From: Amphiscolops sp. MND2022
Taxonomy: Eukaryota
DNA length: 64,000 nucleotides
Reading direction: 5' to 3'
Assembly (NCBI GenBank): GCA_964187785.1
Contig: OZ076409.1
Coordinates: 51,462,001-51,526,000, forward strand
The translations under genes and the position numbers were made by a program. The notes under the pieces are model-generated. The model was not told where the DNA came from. It saw nothing but the letters and a program-made list of their open reading frames with translations, and ran no database searches. Shown piece by piece: positions 26,476 to 38,896 of this stretch (the first letter of the stretch is position 1; every line of letters begins with the position of its first letter).

Positions 26476-27084
26476 CTGTAGGAAAAAAATGCAAAACTCA
26501 GAACATTTTTTGACCAAAAGGTCTATATGTAGTGGGTCGATTCTGAAGACCATGTTGATTTAGGGATATGGCCAGTTGGACAGTTTTTCAAGTTTTTCCT
26601 AGTTGCAACTTGTCATCGATTTATTTTAATTTATTTCATTAAATATTTATAAAGAAAACAAGTAAATACCTTTCAATAGCTGGAATCAGCGCTTTGGGCT
26701 CTCTTTACCCAAACGTGTCCCCAAAAAAACGAAAGGAAGCTCTTCAGCAAGTCTCGTCCTCGCTCGTCGCAGACGCCTTCGTCAGACAAAACCCTTTGCC
26801 TCTTTCTCTAAATTCGTGGTTGGTGAATACAGTCACCAGAGACGTATGACTCTCCCTCAGCAAATGGCTATTGCGCAACTTCGTGCGCAATTCAAGTGCA
26901 AAAGATCTAGAACCGGCAACTAAGACCTTAGTATTCTAGCGTTTACCACTAACTACCTAATAAACAATTTGTGTGTTTGAAAACCATCGTATGTAAAAAC
27001 TAAATAAAATAATGTTTGTTTATGACAAGAACAAAAAAACCCTTTATCATTATAAGTTTTGTATTTTCATACCGACCTCGGGTT

Positions 27085-27815
27085 TTCAAAAAGTCCTTCA
27101 AGTTTCTAAGGTCCTTCTCAGTCAGCAAACGCCTTGAATTGATGCTCCTTCAAATCCGTCTTTCTTTTGCAAATAAAGTTTAAAAAGTTTGTTCGTCCCA
27201 TTTCTAGCCGTTCATTTCCGTGTTCCGTGCAAGAGTAAACACAAGGCTCTGAACAAGCAAAAATTGTCTTTTGAAGGTTGTCTTGTGTTTTGTTCAAATG
27301 TGAGGCAGTTGACAGTTCGATTTTTCAGTAGAGGCTCAGACAGCACAGCTTCTTTACAACCCATCGGAATATCTCTGAGTAGCGCTGCAAATATTGTCAC
27401 ATTTGTCAGTTTAAGGAATCTCCACTTTGTGTTGACTCGTTTGACTCAATGACATCTTTCCCAGCAAGCATTTTTCAATGTGTACTAAGTCGTCCCGAGT
27501 ACTAAGCAATTCGGACTTCTCCAACAGAATATTATTCTCGTGTGCATACAAATAACAACAGCTAGCGTCTTCGATATTTTTCAAAACAAAGCTAAAAGCC
27601 AGATTAATTCTAGCTGCACATTTTAGTTGTTGAAACACATAGTTCAGCTTTGAAATGACTTTTTGTAGCACTGAGAGAGTCCAATGCAAAATTGAAAACT
27701 CTGTGACAACATTTTCCAACTGCGAATCAACAAGGAAATGTTCACAGGCATGTAGCTCTTCCTTGAGATTGTCATCATCGATCCCTGTGGTGGTATTAGG
27801 AACGTTAGTTGTACA
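27085..27815 (-). pseudogene. N-terminal region of a Maverick protein-primed DNA polymerase B (catalytic core absent)
   Basis: LKCAARINLAFSFVLKNIED..YAHENN..LLE and DNFCLFRALCLLLHG resemble Maverick pPolB N-terminal motifs. Divergent orientation to the capsid module. Confidence 0.55.
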
Positions 27816-29429
27816 TTTCCCAAATGAAATCTGACGCGTTGTAAAAACTTTACTTCAAAATCAAACACGTTGCAAAAATTTAACTCTAAAATTTGACAAG
27901 ACGAACAAATTTTACTTTGAAGTCTGACAAGACAAAAATTTTACTTCAAAATCTGACAAGACGTGAACAATTTTGCTTCAAAATCTGTCTTTTTAATAAT
28001 GTACCGCTAATGGAAAGTTTGTCGTTTCGACGGAGTGAAATGGGTAAAAACCTGTCTTTTTAAAAATAAAAACACCTTCAAAATCTGTATTTTTAATTTT
28101 TTCATCTCGTGTAAAATCTGACGCGCTGTATAAATATTGCAAAAAATCTGACATGTTGTTAACTTTTCGCTTTGAAATCTGACACGTAATAATTTCACTT
28201 TAAAATCTGACAACAAAGTGTTTTTCTTGCAAAAGTGTGCATTTTAATTTCACTCAAGTATGAGCAAGTGTTTCGACCTTCGTGACATAGTATGGGATGA
28301 AGTTTGAACTATTGGAGCTTTCTTGTTGCTCTTACTAGCAGTCGTTGCAACCGCAGCTCTCATTGGTCTATTTGTTGTCGTGGTGAGACTTCCTATCAAT
28401 CTCTACAATCCACTTTTTGCTGAAAAAAAAACAGCGGTTAGTTTACAAATATTTAACTTTGAAAAATACTAAATTACTCTCATAATTTCTGTAAACATCT
28501 ACAAAAACAATCTATAATTTTTATCATTCCTCATTCAATTTTAGTCTTTAACTTAATCAATGCTTCCTGCAAAAACTGATCCACCCGTTTGTGTTGAAAT
28601 TGTCTTTTGCAACGAACTCAGTAAATGTCTCTTGTTTTTATTTACGCAACAGCCTCTTTTTTGCTATACTCAGCATTCTTTCAACCGTCTTGTGGCGTTG
28701 ATTGAATCGTGCAGCTCGTTCAATGTTTTCAAATACTTGTCCATTTTTGGTAACAATCTTTCCATCAAAGCGATACTGGAATAATGTATAAAGGCAGTCG
28801 ACCAACTGATATGTAAATTAAAAAGTGTCCCATTTTTGCATCAACTCATTATTATCCTTCTCTGCAAAGAGCAAAATGTGTTATTTAAAATTGAGAACGA
28901 TACATATGGAATTTTCGTGTTGAGCAACGCAATAGTCTTTGCTGACAAGATACTTTTCATATGTGTTTACAGAAGTGTGTACACTCTTTCTAGAGTATAC
29001 AGAGTAAAAGCTTGGAACAACTTGCATCATCACAGCAGCCATCGGAGCGTTGAGTTTTTGTTGAACAAACTGAATCTGAAAAGATGGAAGTGTTACCCTA
29101 AAAGGAATAGTCACGTGACTTCCATAAAAAAGAATTGCAGGAAAGATGACCTAATAAGGAAAGATGACATAAGAATTTTGAATGACAACACAAACATTAT
29201 CTTAAAAGGAAATGTCTTCCTCTTATGGAAAACGAGGTGTAAACATTTCCAAAAATGGAATAGTCACGTGACCAAAGTATTATAAAAGTATATTTTCAGT
29301 TCCAACCATAATTTCATTTTGAATCGGTAAACAAAAGTTGCTTGTTCCAGAACACAACACCGACTCTGACGATTATTACGATCGACCCTACTTTACCCAG
29401 AACTCACTCTTGTCAAGAAGCAGCCGCGA

Positions 29430-30480
29430 AATGGAATCTGCAATGAATGCAACTTCAGACAAATCAGTTTGCACAGACTTTGTGGACTTTGGCAAGCACC
29501 AAGACAGATTTGGACGCTTTTCGTGGACCAAAAATGAGAAGAATTACTCGGAAGTGCACTTCAAAGTCTTTTAAAAAGACATGCCAACGAGTTCAAGCGA
29601 TATCAATGTGTTTCGCTGGGTCAATACGACTTTAGGCAGTTCTTGCGGTTTCGAAATCAAATGATTGTTGCTGCCGACAACTTAACAAAGGAGGAAAATT
29701 TGCCTTACATCAATGTTGTTGGACTATCCAGAGACCCTGACGGACAACTGAAGCACGCTCACAAGGTTATTGAGGTTGCAGATAGGGCCAAGCGCAAAGT
29801 GTGTGTTACATTGCTGCTCAACAAAGAGGACAAACCCGAAACATCCTACCCGCAGATACGACTCTTTACACGCAGGACGGTGGAAGAAATATTTCAACAA
29901 CTTGTCTATGTGAACTATAAAATTGATGAATTTTAAAAATTTACTAGATGTAATGAAGTCTGTTTGTGATCAAGTGTTTGATAACAAACATCTTTGTAAT
30001 ATTGTTTGAATGAATCGCAAACTTTTTTATTACAACTTTCAGTTTTTCAATCAAGCTAGTGAGAATGAGTTGGAACATTAGAGAAAATAGAAACTTGTTT
30101 CTTAGGTTGAAAACAAAGGTGGGACTTTATCATTTTGTCATTCGAACACCAAAATCTTCTCCCACAAAATTTACTCTAACAATAGCCGAATTGCAACAAT
30201 TACTAGAGCTCGAACAAAACGAGGACGAAATTTCTTGCCCTGAATGGACAATTTACAATGGTAACAAACATTTTGCGTAGGAATTCAAACCGATAAAGAC
30301 CAAGTACACATTGTAGTGTATCGTTATCGCAATAATACCTACCTCAAGGATACTGAAATTGAATTAAAGCTAGCAGAGTACAAGCCGCTACTTGCTATAC
30401 GGTTGTATCTTTTAGGCTACTTGGATACATTATACAAGCAATGCATCGTATTGGATGAATCCACAATCCATAATTGAGTT
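29430..30480 (+). pseudogene. Two disrupted Maverick accessory ORFs, possibly PC4-like ssDNA-binding folds
   Basis: Repeated beta-strands plus helix pattern (YSEVHFKVF; QIRLFTRR..YVNYKIDEF; FTLTIAELQQL). TATAAAAG at 29281. Confidence 0.35.
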
Positions 30481-31705
30481 GTTCCCTGCCCGAAACGGAC
30501 GTACTGTTTCTAGTCAACGTATTTCGTTTTTAATCAGGGTTGAAGCTCCGCTTTACAAAGAATATTGTACAAAAAATGCTATATCTTAGCGCATGACATT
30601 TATTGGACGAGAACATTTCACTCCACGAATTGGACCACGAATTTCCTTTTGAGGAATTAATTAGTTATTCATACAAAATTCTCCGTTTTGCCAAAGTGTT
30701 CAGACTACATGCAATACTACATGACGCTGCCGGCGCTGTTTATTTGCACAAAGGCAAAGGACCGGGATACTGTTAAATGATTGGTCGAGGTCCAAACTCG
30801 TGTTTATTGAGTCACGTGACTGGACTTTTGTATTGTCTCTACTTGAAATTGTTTGCTCCCTCCATTTTCAATTTTGTAGACTTTTAGTCAGGTCGCTTAT
30901 TGTGTTGGAATCTGAACTTGCGGAAAAAGTGTAGTCAAGGAATTGGGTGTTTATATTGATGGACAAGTATTTGTGTATTCCTTTAAACCACCCAAAAATT
31001 ATCAACCAACACATCAAACACTCTGATGTACCCAAAACTTGCACAAAATTGATTGGAAAAGTGATTCACTGGACTATAGCTGTATCAACACCATGTTGGA
31101 TGAATTGCGACAAAACAGAACCGAGTATTTTGCAAAAGGATTGGAAAAGTTTACATTTTTGAGCACATTACTGGGTAAGTTTGTGAAAAACTTGGATGAC
31201 TATGGTTGCCCCAAGATTCAACGTTTAAACACTGACTGGTTGGCACTAACTATCCCTACAGACACAAAATCAATATACACTGGGCTGAGCGGAAAGAATA
31301 GCATTTGGAGTATGGACTGTGCAACATTTCAATTTGTAAATTTATTGTACGTCTTTGTATTCCTCATTCATATTATTTTAAAATTTTTTGTTCAACTGAA
31401 ATTTTTTCCATTGGAGATTCATTCTTACAGATACACTCTCACCTAGCAAGCTAGATGACAGAGACTAACCTCAACTTAGAAAAAATTGTTTTTGACGGAA
31501 ATAACTGTGAACGAAAATCAAGGACGTTCGTGGGACAATCCTACTCAAGATCAATAATTGTGTTTTTGTCCCAGTTTTTTGTTATTTTGCTGATATTTTT
31601 GCGTAGCTTTTAGAAAATTCATTGGGCAACAAGTAGTGAAGAATCTACAGTGTGTGTTGGAATTTTGTGTAGCGCAGCAGGAGTTATTGTTCCAACGCGG
31701 AGACT

Positions 31706-32413
31706 ATGACCAATTGATATCCACTAAAAACTGCGTCTTCCTTTCTATGGTTGGACAGAGTGAATCTCGGAACAACCGATTTACGAGTGGTTAACTAATG
31801 GAACTTTTCAGCCCAATTATGACAAGATTTACTTTTTTACCAATATTATCAATCACTACACGACAAAATGGAAAAAGAAATTGATTATTTCGAGTTTGTC
31901 AAGGGAGTGATTTTTGAATTGAATAATTCCTTGAAAAACAACGATACAAAATATCTCCTCATTTTTGACGATTCTTGTGAGGAAGTGTGCACTTCCAAAG
32001 AATTTGTCAAAAATGCCACGGCTGGAAGACACCGCGGACTTAGCACTTTATACATTAAACAGAACTTGTTTCACAAGAGCACTCTCGGACGCGATATTGA
32101 GCTACAAATTACACACATTGCATTGTTCAAGTCGCCTCGGGTTTTTCTGCAGATAAATACGCTTAGTATTCAACTAGGTCTAGGTTCCTCTCTAGTGGAT
32201 TTGTACAGAGATGCAATGTCTGTTCTTTTTGGTCATTTGCTAATTGATTTATCGCCGCGAAGAGACGATAGATTACGTTACTGCACAAATAGTGGAAAGA
32301 TTCCTTCAAAATTTTACGTACCAGAGAGTTTGAAGCATTTGACAACTTTGGACGATGAGCACACAAAATCTCTCTATTCTCCAATCATTTTCCAATCATT
32401 TTCCCGCAAGTGA
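31706..32413 (+). pseudogene. A32/FtsK-like genome-packaging ATPase
   Basis: Degenerate Walker A (MVGQSESR), Walker B LLIFDD, GRHRGLSTLYIKQNLF, IALFKSPR, LLIDL. 5' frameshift. Confidence 0.88.
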
Positions 32414-33079
32414 AAAAGTCAATTTCTCAAATCGTGTCCAAACGAGTTTATTCGATTTATAGGCGAGTGCATAGTAAACATACTTCGAGGAAACTTGCAA
32501 AGCGTAAAAAGACATCATGTTATTAAGTAAAAACGAGAGTTGAACTTACTCTCTTTGAAGCGGACTACATGGAAACAGAGATGAGATGTCTTGACGTCAG
32601 AGAGAGGTTTACAACTGGTTGATACCATTACGCCGTTTGTGATTATTCACTTGTCTTGATATGCAACAGTTTGTCCTTGTACCTGCTTCACTTCTCAACA
32701 AACTAAAAACAACAAAGTCCACGACGTTAAAAGTGGACCTATCCAAATATCACTCTCAACAAACTCCTACGTCCCAAGTTGATTCGCTGAAAAAGAATAT
32801 AAACAAAATGTGGTTTACCAAGGAGACTCCTTGGTTGACAAACTTTTAGCATCCCCACGCATACAGTTCTCTCTCTAACACTATCGTGCTAGACGGTACA
32901 GATACTAGAGAATTGTTGCAAGATTTTGTTCAACATTTGCGTAGAAAGAACGCTGACGTACCCGACATTTACTGTACTTTACTGGACGCAGCCGACATTT
33001 CTTCTAGTATAGCGCTCAACCAGAATGCCAAAGCAAAAGAGAGATTAAACTGGTTCCCTTTCATCTGAGCGACAAAATC

Positions 33080-33959
33080 TTCAAAGACTATATACACATG
33101 GTCCTGCAACATATTGCTCTGCGAGATCTGGCAAAGGCTAGCAAGCTACCGTTTTCCAAGGTTCGACTTTTTTTACATTCAAAAGACTCCTATACAAACT
33201 GTACACTTACAACGCAAGTTTAGACGTAAACGAGCATTTGCTAGATACAAGAATGAACCTTGGTGTATGGACTTGGCATATGTTGATAAACTATCAAAGG
33301 ATAACAGAGAAAAAGAGTACTTGCTAGTTCGCCAGGACGTGTTTGACAAAACAATAGACGTAAGAGGATTGAAAACAAAACACTCTAAAGAGGCACTTAT
33401 AGTCATTGCGCAAATGATTACCAAGCGGAAAAGACCACAACAAATTTGGGTTGACAAGGGAAAAGAATTTGCTTGTGAATATAAAAACTTTTTTTGCAAC
33501 AGAGAATGTATACAGATTTTTTCAGCAATGAGTGAAACAAAAGCAGCATTCGCCGAGAGAGCCATTCGTTCATTGAAAAACGTATTGTATCGCTACATTG
33601 AAGATTATGGATACAAGTATATTCACAAGTTGTCTCAATTTGTTACAACGCTGAATACGAGAAGGAATTGATCAATAGATATGAAGCCGTGCAGTGTTAA
33701 GAACTCTGAGTTTTTGGCTGTGCTATACAGTAAGCCAATCAGAGACTTTAACAAACCAAAGTTCGAAGTGGAATTCCGCGTCCGAATTTGCAAGCAAGAA
33801 TCACCGTTCAGAAAAGGATACAAGCCGCAGCTTACAAACGATATTTTCAAAATTATTGTACTTGCTACATGCAAACCACCCACATATAACTTACAAGATG
33901 AACAAGGTGAAGTTATTAAAGGCAAGTTTTATGAAAAGGAGTTGATTAGAGTCATTTAG
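33080..33959 (+). pseudogene. rve (DDE) integrase of Maverick
   Basis: WCMDLA, YLLVRQDVF, IWVDKGKEF, KAAFAERAIRSLK, FRKGYKPQ, IKGKFYEKEL. Stop at 33669. Confidence 0.9.
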
Positions 33960-33961
33960 AT

Positions 33962-34767
33962 ATGGATTCATTTACAAAAGTGTTGGTTTCTAATGCGTCA
34001 TCTGGACTGTTTCCTGACAATAGAATCAGTTCTTTTACAATTTTTTTTTACCTGATCAAGTCAATTTGGATGGTCAATGGGAGGTTGCAATTTGGGGAAT
34101 TTCCTACCCCTCAATGTACCAGAATGTTACAGATGGGAAATTTTTATTTTTTGACGCAATTTACTCCAAGATGACAACTGCCTACTACTTATAACCTGGG
34201 TTGTAATCTTCCGTACCCGACATTGTGGAAGCATGGAATTTGCTTATGCAAGGCAGAAACAATCACAATGAAAATTGCATTACTGTTAAAGAATCTCATC
34301 GCACGCAAAAAATTGAACATTCACTCATTAGTGACGACTCGAGCCTAGTCATTTTCAGTTCAGACTTGGGAAATACATTTGGTGGCGATGTTGGAGACAA
34401 CAAGGGAGTTTTGATGCGACGTAAGGGACCTCATGAGCCAAAGTTTGCGTACGATATTGTTTGTATTCATTCGCTAATGATTTACACTGATTTTGCGGAG
34501 TACAACATTGTTGGAGACACAAAAGCACCCCTATTACGTTGCTTCCTTCTCATTTACAAGCTGAAATCCGGAGACGTAATCACTAATGGACAAAACATAA
34601 ATTACCAAACTTTTAGTAACCTTCAATTTCGTCGACTACTGAAAAATCCCTTTCATAGTATACATATTGATCTGAGGGACACCTCGGGTGAAAAGACTTC
34701 ATTTGTCTCTGTTGGAATCACAAGTCTTGTGCTAATGTTTAGAAATGTTTTTGACATTCATTACTAA
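33962..34767 (+). pseudogene. Minor capsid protein (penton-like)
   Basis: LVSNASSGLFPDNRISSFT N-terminus; MIYTDFAEYNIVGDTKAPLLR and IHIDLRDTSG C-terminal motifs. Frameshifted. Confidence 0.85.
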
Positions 34768-34783
34768 CGAAAAACACTGCGAA

Positions 34784-35145
34784 ATGGTTGCCTCAAGAGA
34801 ACTTGAACTACCGTATTATAGAGGAGTGACAAGGCAACGCTGAAGAGGATTTGGAGCAATTGCTCAAGTTTTTGGGAGAACCGCAGTTCCTTTTGTTTAA
34901 AAAAATTTAACGTCCCAGCTGCACGAAGTGTTGGAGCTGACTTGTTGGAGTTTGCTGTCTCTGAAATGGCAGAAGTATTTAGTGGAAAGAAAAATTTGAA
35001 CTCGCCTGTAACAAGTGTTGTTAAAAAGACATTGAGAAAACAACTAGGTGGCGGTAGCAAGAGAACGCGCAGATTCATTCCTACAAAATCCACCAACATA
35101 AATAGTCGCTTGCGCAGAGACATTTTAACAAAACTTTCACGCTAA
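34784..35145 (+). pseudogene. Small basic Maverick core/membrane-active protein
   Basis: YYRGVTRQR*RGFGAIAQVFGRTAVP and KQLGGG motifs, located between penton and hexon. Confidence 0.55.
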
Positions 35146-35151
35146 ACATGA

Positions 35152-35446
35152 ATGCACAAAACAATTTTCGGTTACCAAATTTTTGTGACCGTTTCTGGTA
35201 GTGGTGGCGGTAAAGTGACAGTTGTCGATGACGTACTTTCCTCGCATGAACAACAAATTTATCCTACAACGTCATTGGATGAAAACAGTATCGAGTTTGA
35301 ATTTCAAACTGATCGCAACAATAACACTGATTTGCGTCAAACGTATTTGTCTTTGGTACTGAAATTGGTGAAGCATCGTTGATTTTATTCATAGAAAAAA
35401 GAAGTCAAAAAGGAACACAATGAGGCAGAAGATGAAAAACTGATGC

Positions 35447-35487
<41 letters not shown>

Positions 35488-36519
35488 TTCCCTTAATTAC
35501 CCATGTGAACAACATCATGCGCTCTATTTTCTTCAATGCGGAAGATTAAACATAAAATCAGCAAGTTTACAATTCAGATGGACTTTATGCTCATAAATTT
35601 TACATTTCCAACAGTTTTAAAGGAGCCATCTCTGAGTACAAGGGAGTGCTACATTGTGAAGTTATGACTTCGAAGCAAATCCAGAAGACGCCATGGATAA
35701 CCGCTTGGAGGATCCATTCTTTCCAAGAAGAATGAAAATTTTCTCCAGACCAAAAAGATTTATTTTGTGTGGTAAAATGGGTGTGGATTTTTTCACCACT
35801 TCAGAGCTATTGTACCCAAACATGAAAGTTAGAATCCGACTCATTAGAGCTCGACCCAATTTTTACATGATTAGTGACAATCCTTACGTTAGCCTTGGAA
35901 TTGTGGATTGTTCGCTTTATAATCGCCGTATTAAATTCGAAGACGCCACTCAAAGACGATTATCAGAAGAAGCGATATCATAGTGTACAGTCCTGTAGAA
36001 TACAACTACTTGGACACAATTGCCAAAACTTTTATCACCGCCCGAGAAAATCAATTTATACAAGAAAACACTTTCAATAGTGCACCCATCCGACTAATCG
36101 CCATAGCAACGAACACAAATTCTGCCTCTACTGGTTCTTTTACTGAAAATCCCTACTTGTATCAGCAGTTTGGATTGAGACACATTAGAGTACTGGGCGG
36201 GGGTCAATCTGTTGTTGACTATGACACGTCCGATAATTGCCGTCTCTATGTTACAACAAGGAGAGCAATGAGCTTTCATGACGATTTACCGTCAATCCCA
36301 ATTGCGAATTTCAAGGATCACTATGTGCTCTTGTTTGATTTGACATCAATGCAAGACACAACTGAACATAACCACTATCCGGAATTGATTGGCGAACAAT
36401 TGCGACTGGAACTCAACTTTAATGAAGCGCTCGAAAGTGTAACAGAAGTCATTATATTGGGTGAACGAATGTCGTCGGTTGCAGTCGACAAGTGTGGCGT
36501 TGTCGGTAAAAATACCTAA
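35152..36519 (+). pseudogene. Major capsid protein (double jelly-roll, hexon-like)
   Basis: IYPTTSLDENSIEFEF..DLRQTYLSL; LLYPNMKVRIRLIRARPNF; PIRLIAIA..TGSFTENPY; LFDLT; LRLELNF. Several frameshifts. Confidence 0.85.
35448..35483 (+). repeat. (GAC)12 microsatellite within the major capsid gene
   Basis: Direct observation. Confidence 0.95.
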
Positions 36520-36520
36520 A

Positions 36521-36946
36521 ATCGATGGCATTGCATTGCGACAGATTATTGATCGTTTTCCTCTCCTCAAGTATCGGTACATCGGCTCATTTCCTTCTGA
36601 TTGTGTCCCTAAGCTTCCAAATGATACATTTGCCATTGTCAATACTGAATCAAGTTACATGTCTGGCGAACACTGGGTAATGATTGCCATGTTTAAACAG
36701 CAATTGTGTTTTGCAGACTCTCTCGGTGGATCATGCATTTTTCTCAAGCAAGACTACCACAAAATGGTTCCAGTAAAGTTGCAGTCACCTTCTAGCGTTT
36801 GTGGATTCTATGCCATATATGCAGCTTTTCATCTCTTCAAGTTCCAGCAAGAGCAAATTACAGGATTTCACGACATTAATGTACTCTCTTATATTAGTAA
36901 TTATATGGAAACCATGCTAATTGTAAAGTGCAGTTTATACATGTGA
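36521..36946 (+). pseudogene. Adenain-like cysteine protease
   Basis: IVNT..GEHWV, FADSLG and LQ..SSVCGFY carry the H-D-Q-C catalytic residues. Frame is open but the start codon is lost. Confidence 0.88.
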
Positions 36947-37521
36947 TTGTAGTACATTTATACATTATATATTAGTTTTTTTGATCATTTAAACATGATT
37001 TTTTTTTCTCAACACATAGCAGTCAAGTAATTAGCGCAACCTCTATGGCGGATAAGTTATTCCCGTGGCGGATAAATTTTTGCAGTGGTGGATAAAATAT
37101 GACGCGGGCGGATAAAATATTGCCGGGGGGGGGTAAAATCTTTCTCGCGGGCGGCGGTTGGCAGCAGCCAAAAAGCTTTCCTACCCAAAATCTCAGTGCC
37201 CAAAATGTCGCACATTGCCGAAAAACCCCTATAACCTATCTTAAAACACTCCCGAAGCTATTCCCTATCTTTATACATTGAGCACATATTTATACATTAG
37301 CAAACAATCGGTTACAAACCTTTGAGTCAAGTCGTCAGCCAATCAGGAGCGAGCACGACCCGAGTAGGCAGCCAAAGGGTATACGCCCCAACTACACGAC
37401 AAACAATCGAACGAGTCCTGAGGGTGGAAGAGCCTTCTCGGCTATGGGCTCCAGTCAGCTCGCTATAGCCTATCTTAAAACATGTGGGTGTTCCACCTGA
37501 TCTGCTCACCATCTGTCTACT

Positions 37522-37715
37522 GACGGGGTTTCACAAACATCATTAATTTTGGGTATCAAGTATTCATCAGGGGGATCTGTCAGTCTTTAGGATTTCTTTT
37601 CAAATGAACGCTTGAATTAAAAAGGGTGTAGCTTAAGTATTACTTCGCACCACCTGTGCCTGCTTTCAATTTTTTGTCCGATTTCTCTTTTTTCCTCTCT
37701 CAATTGACATAGATT
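37522..37715 (-). mobile_element. 5' fragment of a CRE-like non-LTR element
   Basis: Diverged duplicate of 39561-39750. Confidence 0.75.
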
Positions 37716-37982
37716 CTAAGACATGCTATCCGGCACATTTTGCGGACAACTGGCGAAAATTTTGCCTACAGCGATAAGACGAAGTCCACCATCGGGCTTT
37801 TTTAGCGCAATTAGTTTCGCACCAAAGAAGTACGGCAGCAGATCGAAAGGTAAATTTCCTTCGAGAATCACATTCGCAACATTTGTCAGGGCTCTGAGAA
37901 AAATCAGTCCAGTTTGCCCGTTCGATTTTGCAGACAAATCTTTCAAAACGTGGGTCGAAATGCCATCCAAAACTGCACTAGC

Positions 37983-38484
37983 AGGCTTCGGGCATTAAGT
38001 GCGATTTAATAAGTTCGAATTTGAACCAGTGCAATAAGTTCGAAAGGAGTAGTTTCGAGACACCAAGTTCGAAATTTCATATCGGGTTAAAACGGTTTAA
38101 ACTGGACATCCTTCACACAAGATCCTGAGAGCTCCACCGCCTAGAATCTAGAGGAATCTAAAACTGAAATGTGTGGCATAACCGGTGTATGCACGCTCGC
38201 CCTCACCGTCGCAAAGACCAGCTCCCACTACCATCGCTTCGCGAACTCTGTCCCCGCTAAGTCTTTGCTCCTGTTCGACCTCGCTTGGCAAGATGGGAAC
38301 ATAAGCAGCCCAAAGGGGCCGCGAGGCACTAGATGAAATGTGGAAGTATCAGAGGCACGTTTTCTAGTTAGTTCAAAATTCGAACACAGTGACTCGAACT
38401 TGTTCCGGTTTTTGGAAAATTCGAACTTAGTCAATTCGAAATTAAAACTTGAACTTATGCGTTCGAACTTATTACCGTGCCTCG
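37983..38484. mobile_element. Foldback-like element with AAGTTCGAA arms and the shared core (38171-38360, minus strand)
   Basis: CTAGC duplicated at 37978-37982 and 38485-38489; removal restores colinearity with the other CRE copy. Inverted arrays AAGTTCGAA / TTCGAACTT. Confidence 0.8.
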
Positions 38485-38896
38485 CTAGCGTCGTTGGGAA
38501 AGGACATGAGAGCCTTGTGCACAAAGAACTCCGAAGTTGGAAAACAATCGATATCTGTGGGGTCCGGAAAAGAGGAAGTTCCCCTCTGCGGAAGTTTCAA
38601 CTCGAGTGCCGCGTAAGTGTCGACCATGATATCTGCAATCTTGTCGCCTACTGCCATTCTGATTCCTGCCTTAACATTACCTTCGTCCTAATTAGTTCAT
38701 ATGGAACGCAGTCGTCGATATTACTCGCATTTCTGTTGCGGCTTTCTGTCGCATTTCAATTTTTCTCAATGACACCTTCCCTAATACGCTTGTTGATATC
38801 TGCACTTAGTGATTACCTCTGGCGTTTATCTCGAGGTGGTTTTTTCTTAAAAAACCAACTTAGTTAGGAGAGCAATTGGCATCACAAGGCGATATT

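Larger units (their letters stand above)
27085..37521. mobile_element. Decayed Maverick/Polinton (adintovirus-like) element; left part truncated
   Basis: Syntenic ATPase-integrase-minor capsid-major capsid-protease on +, and a pPolB-associated N-terminal fragment on -. Repeat-rich right terminus (GGCGGATAA repeats) ending ...GTCTACT at 37521. Confidence 0.88.
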
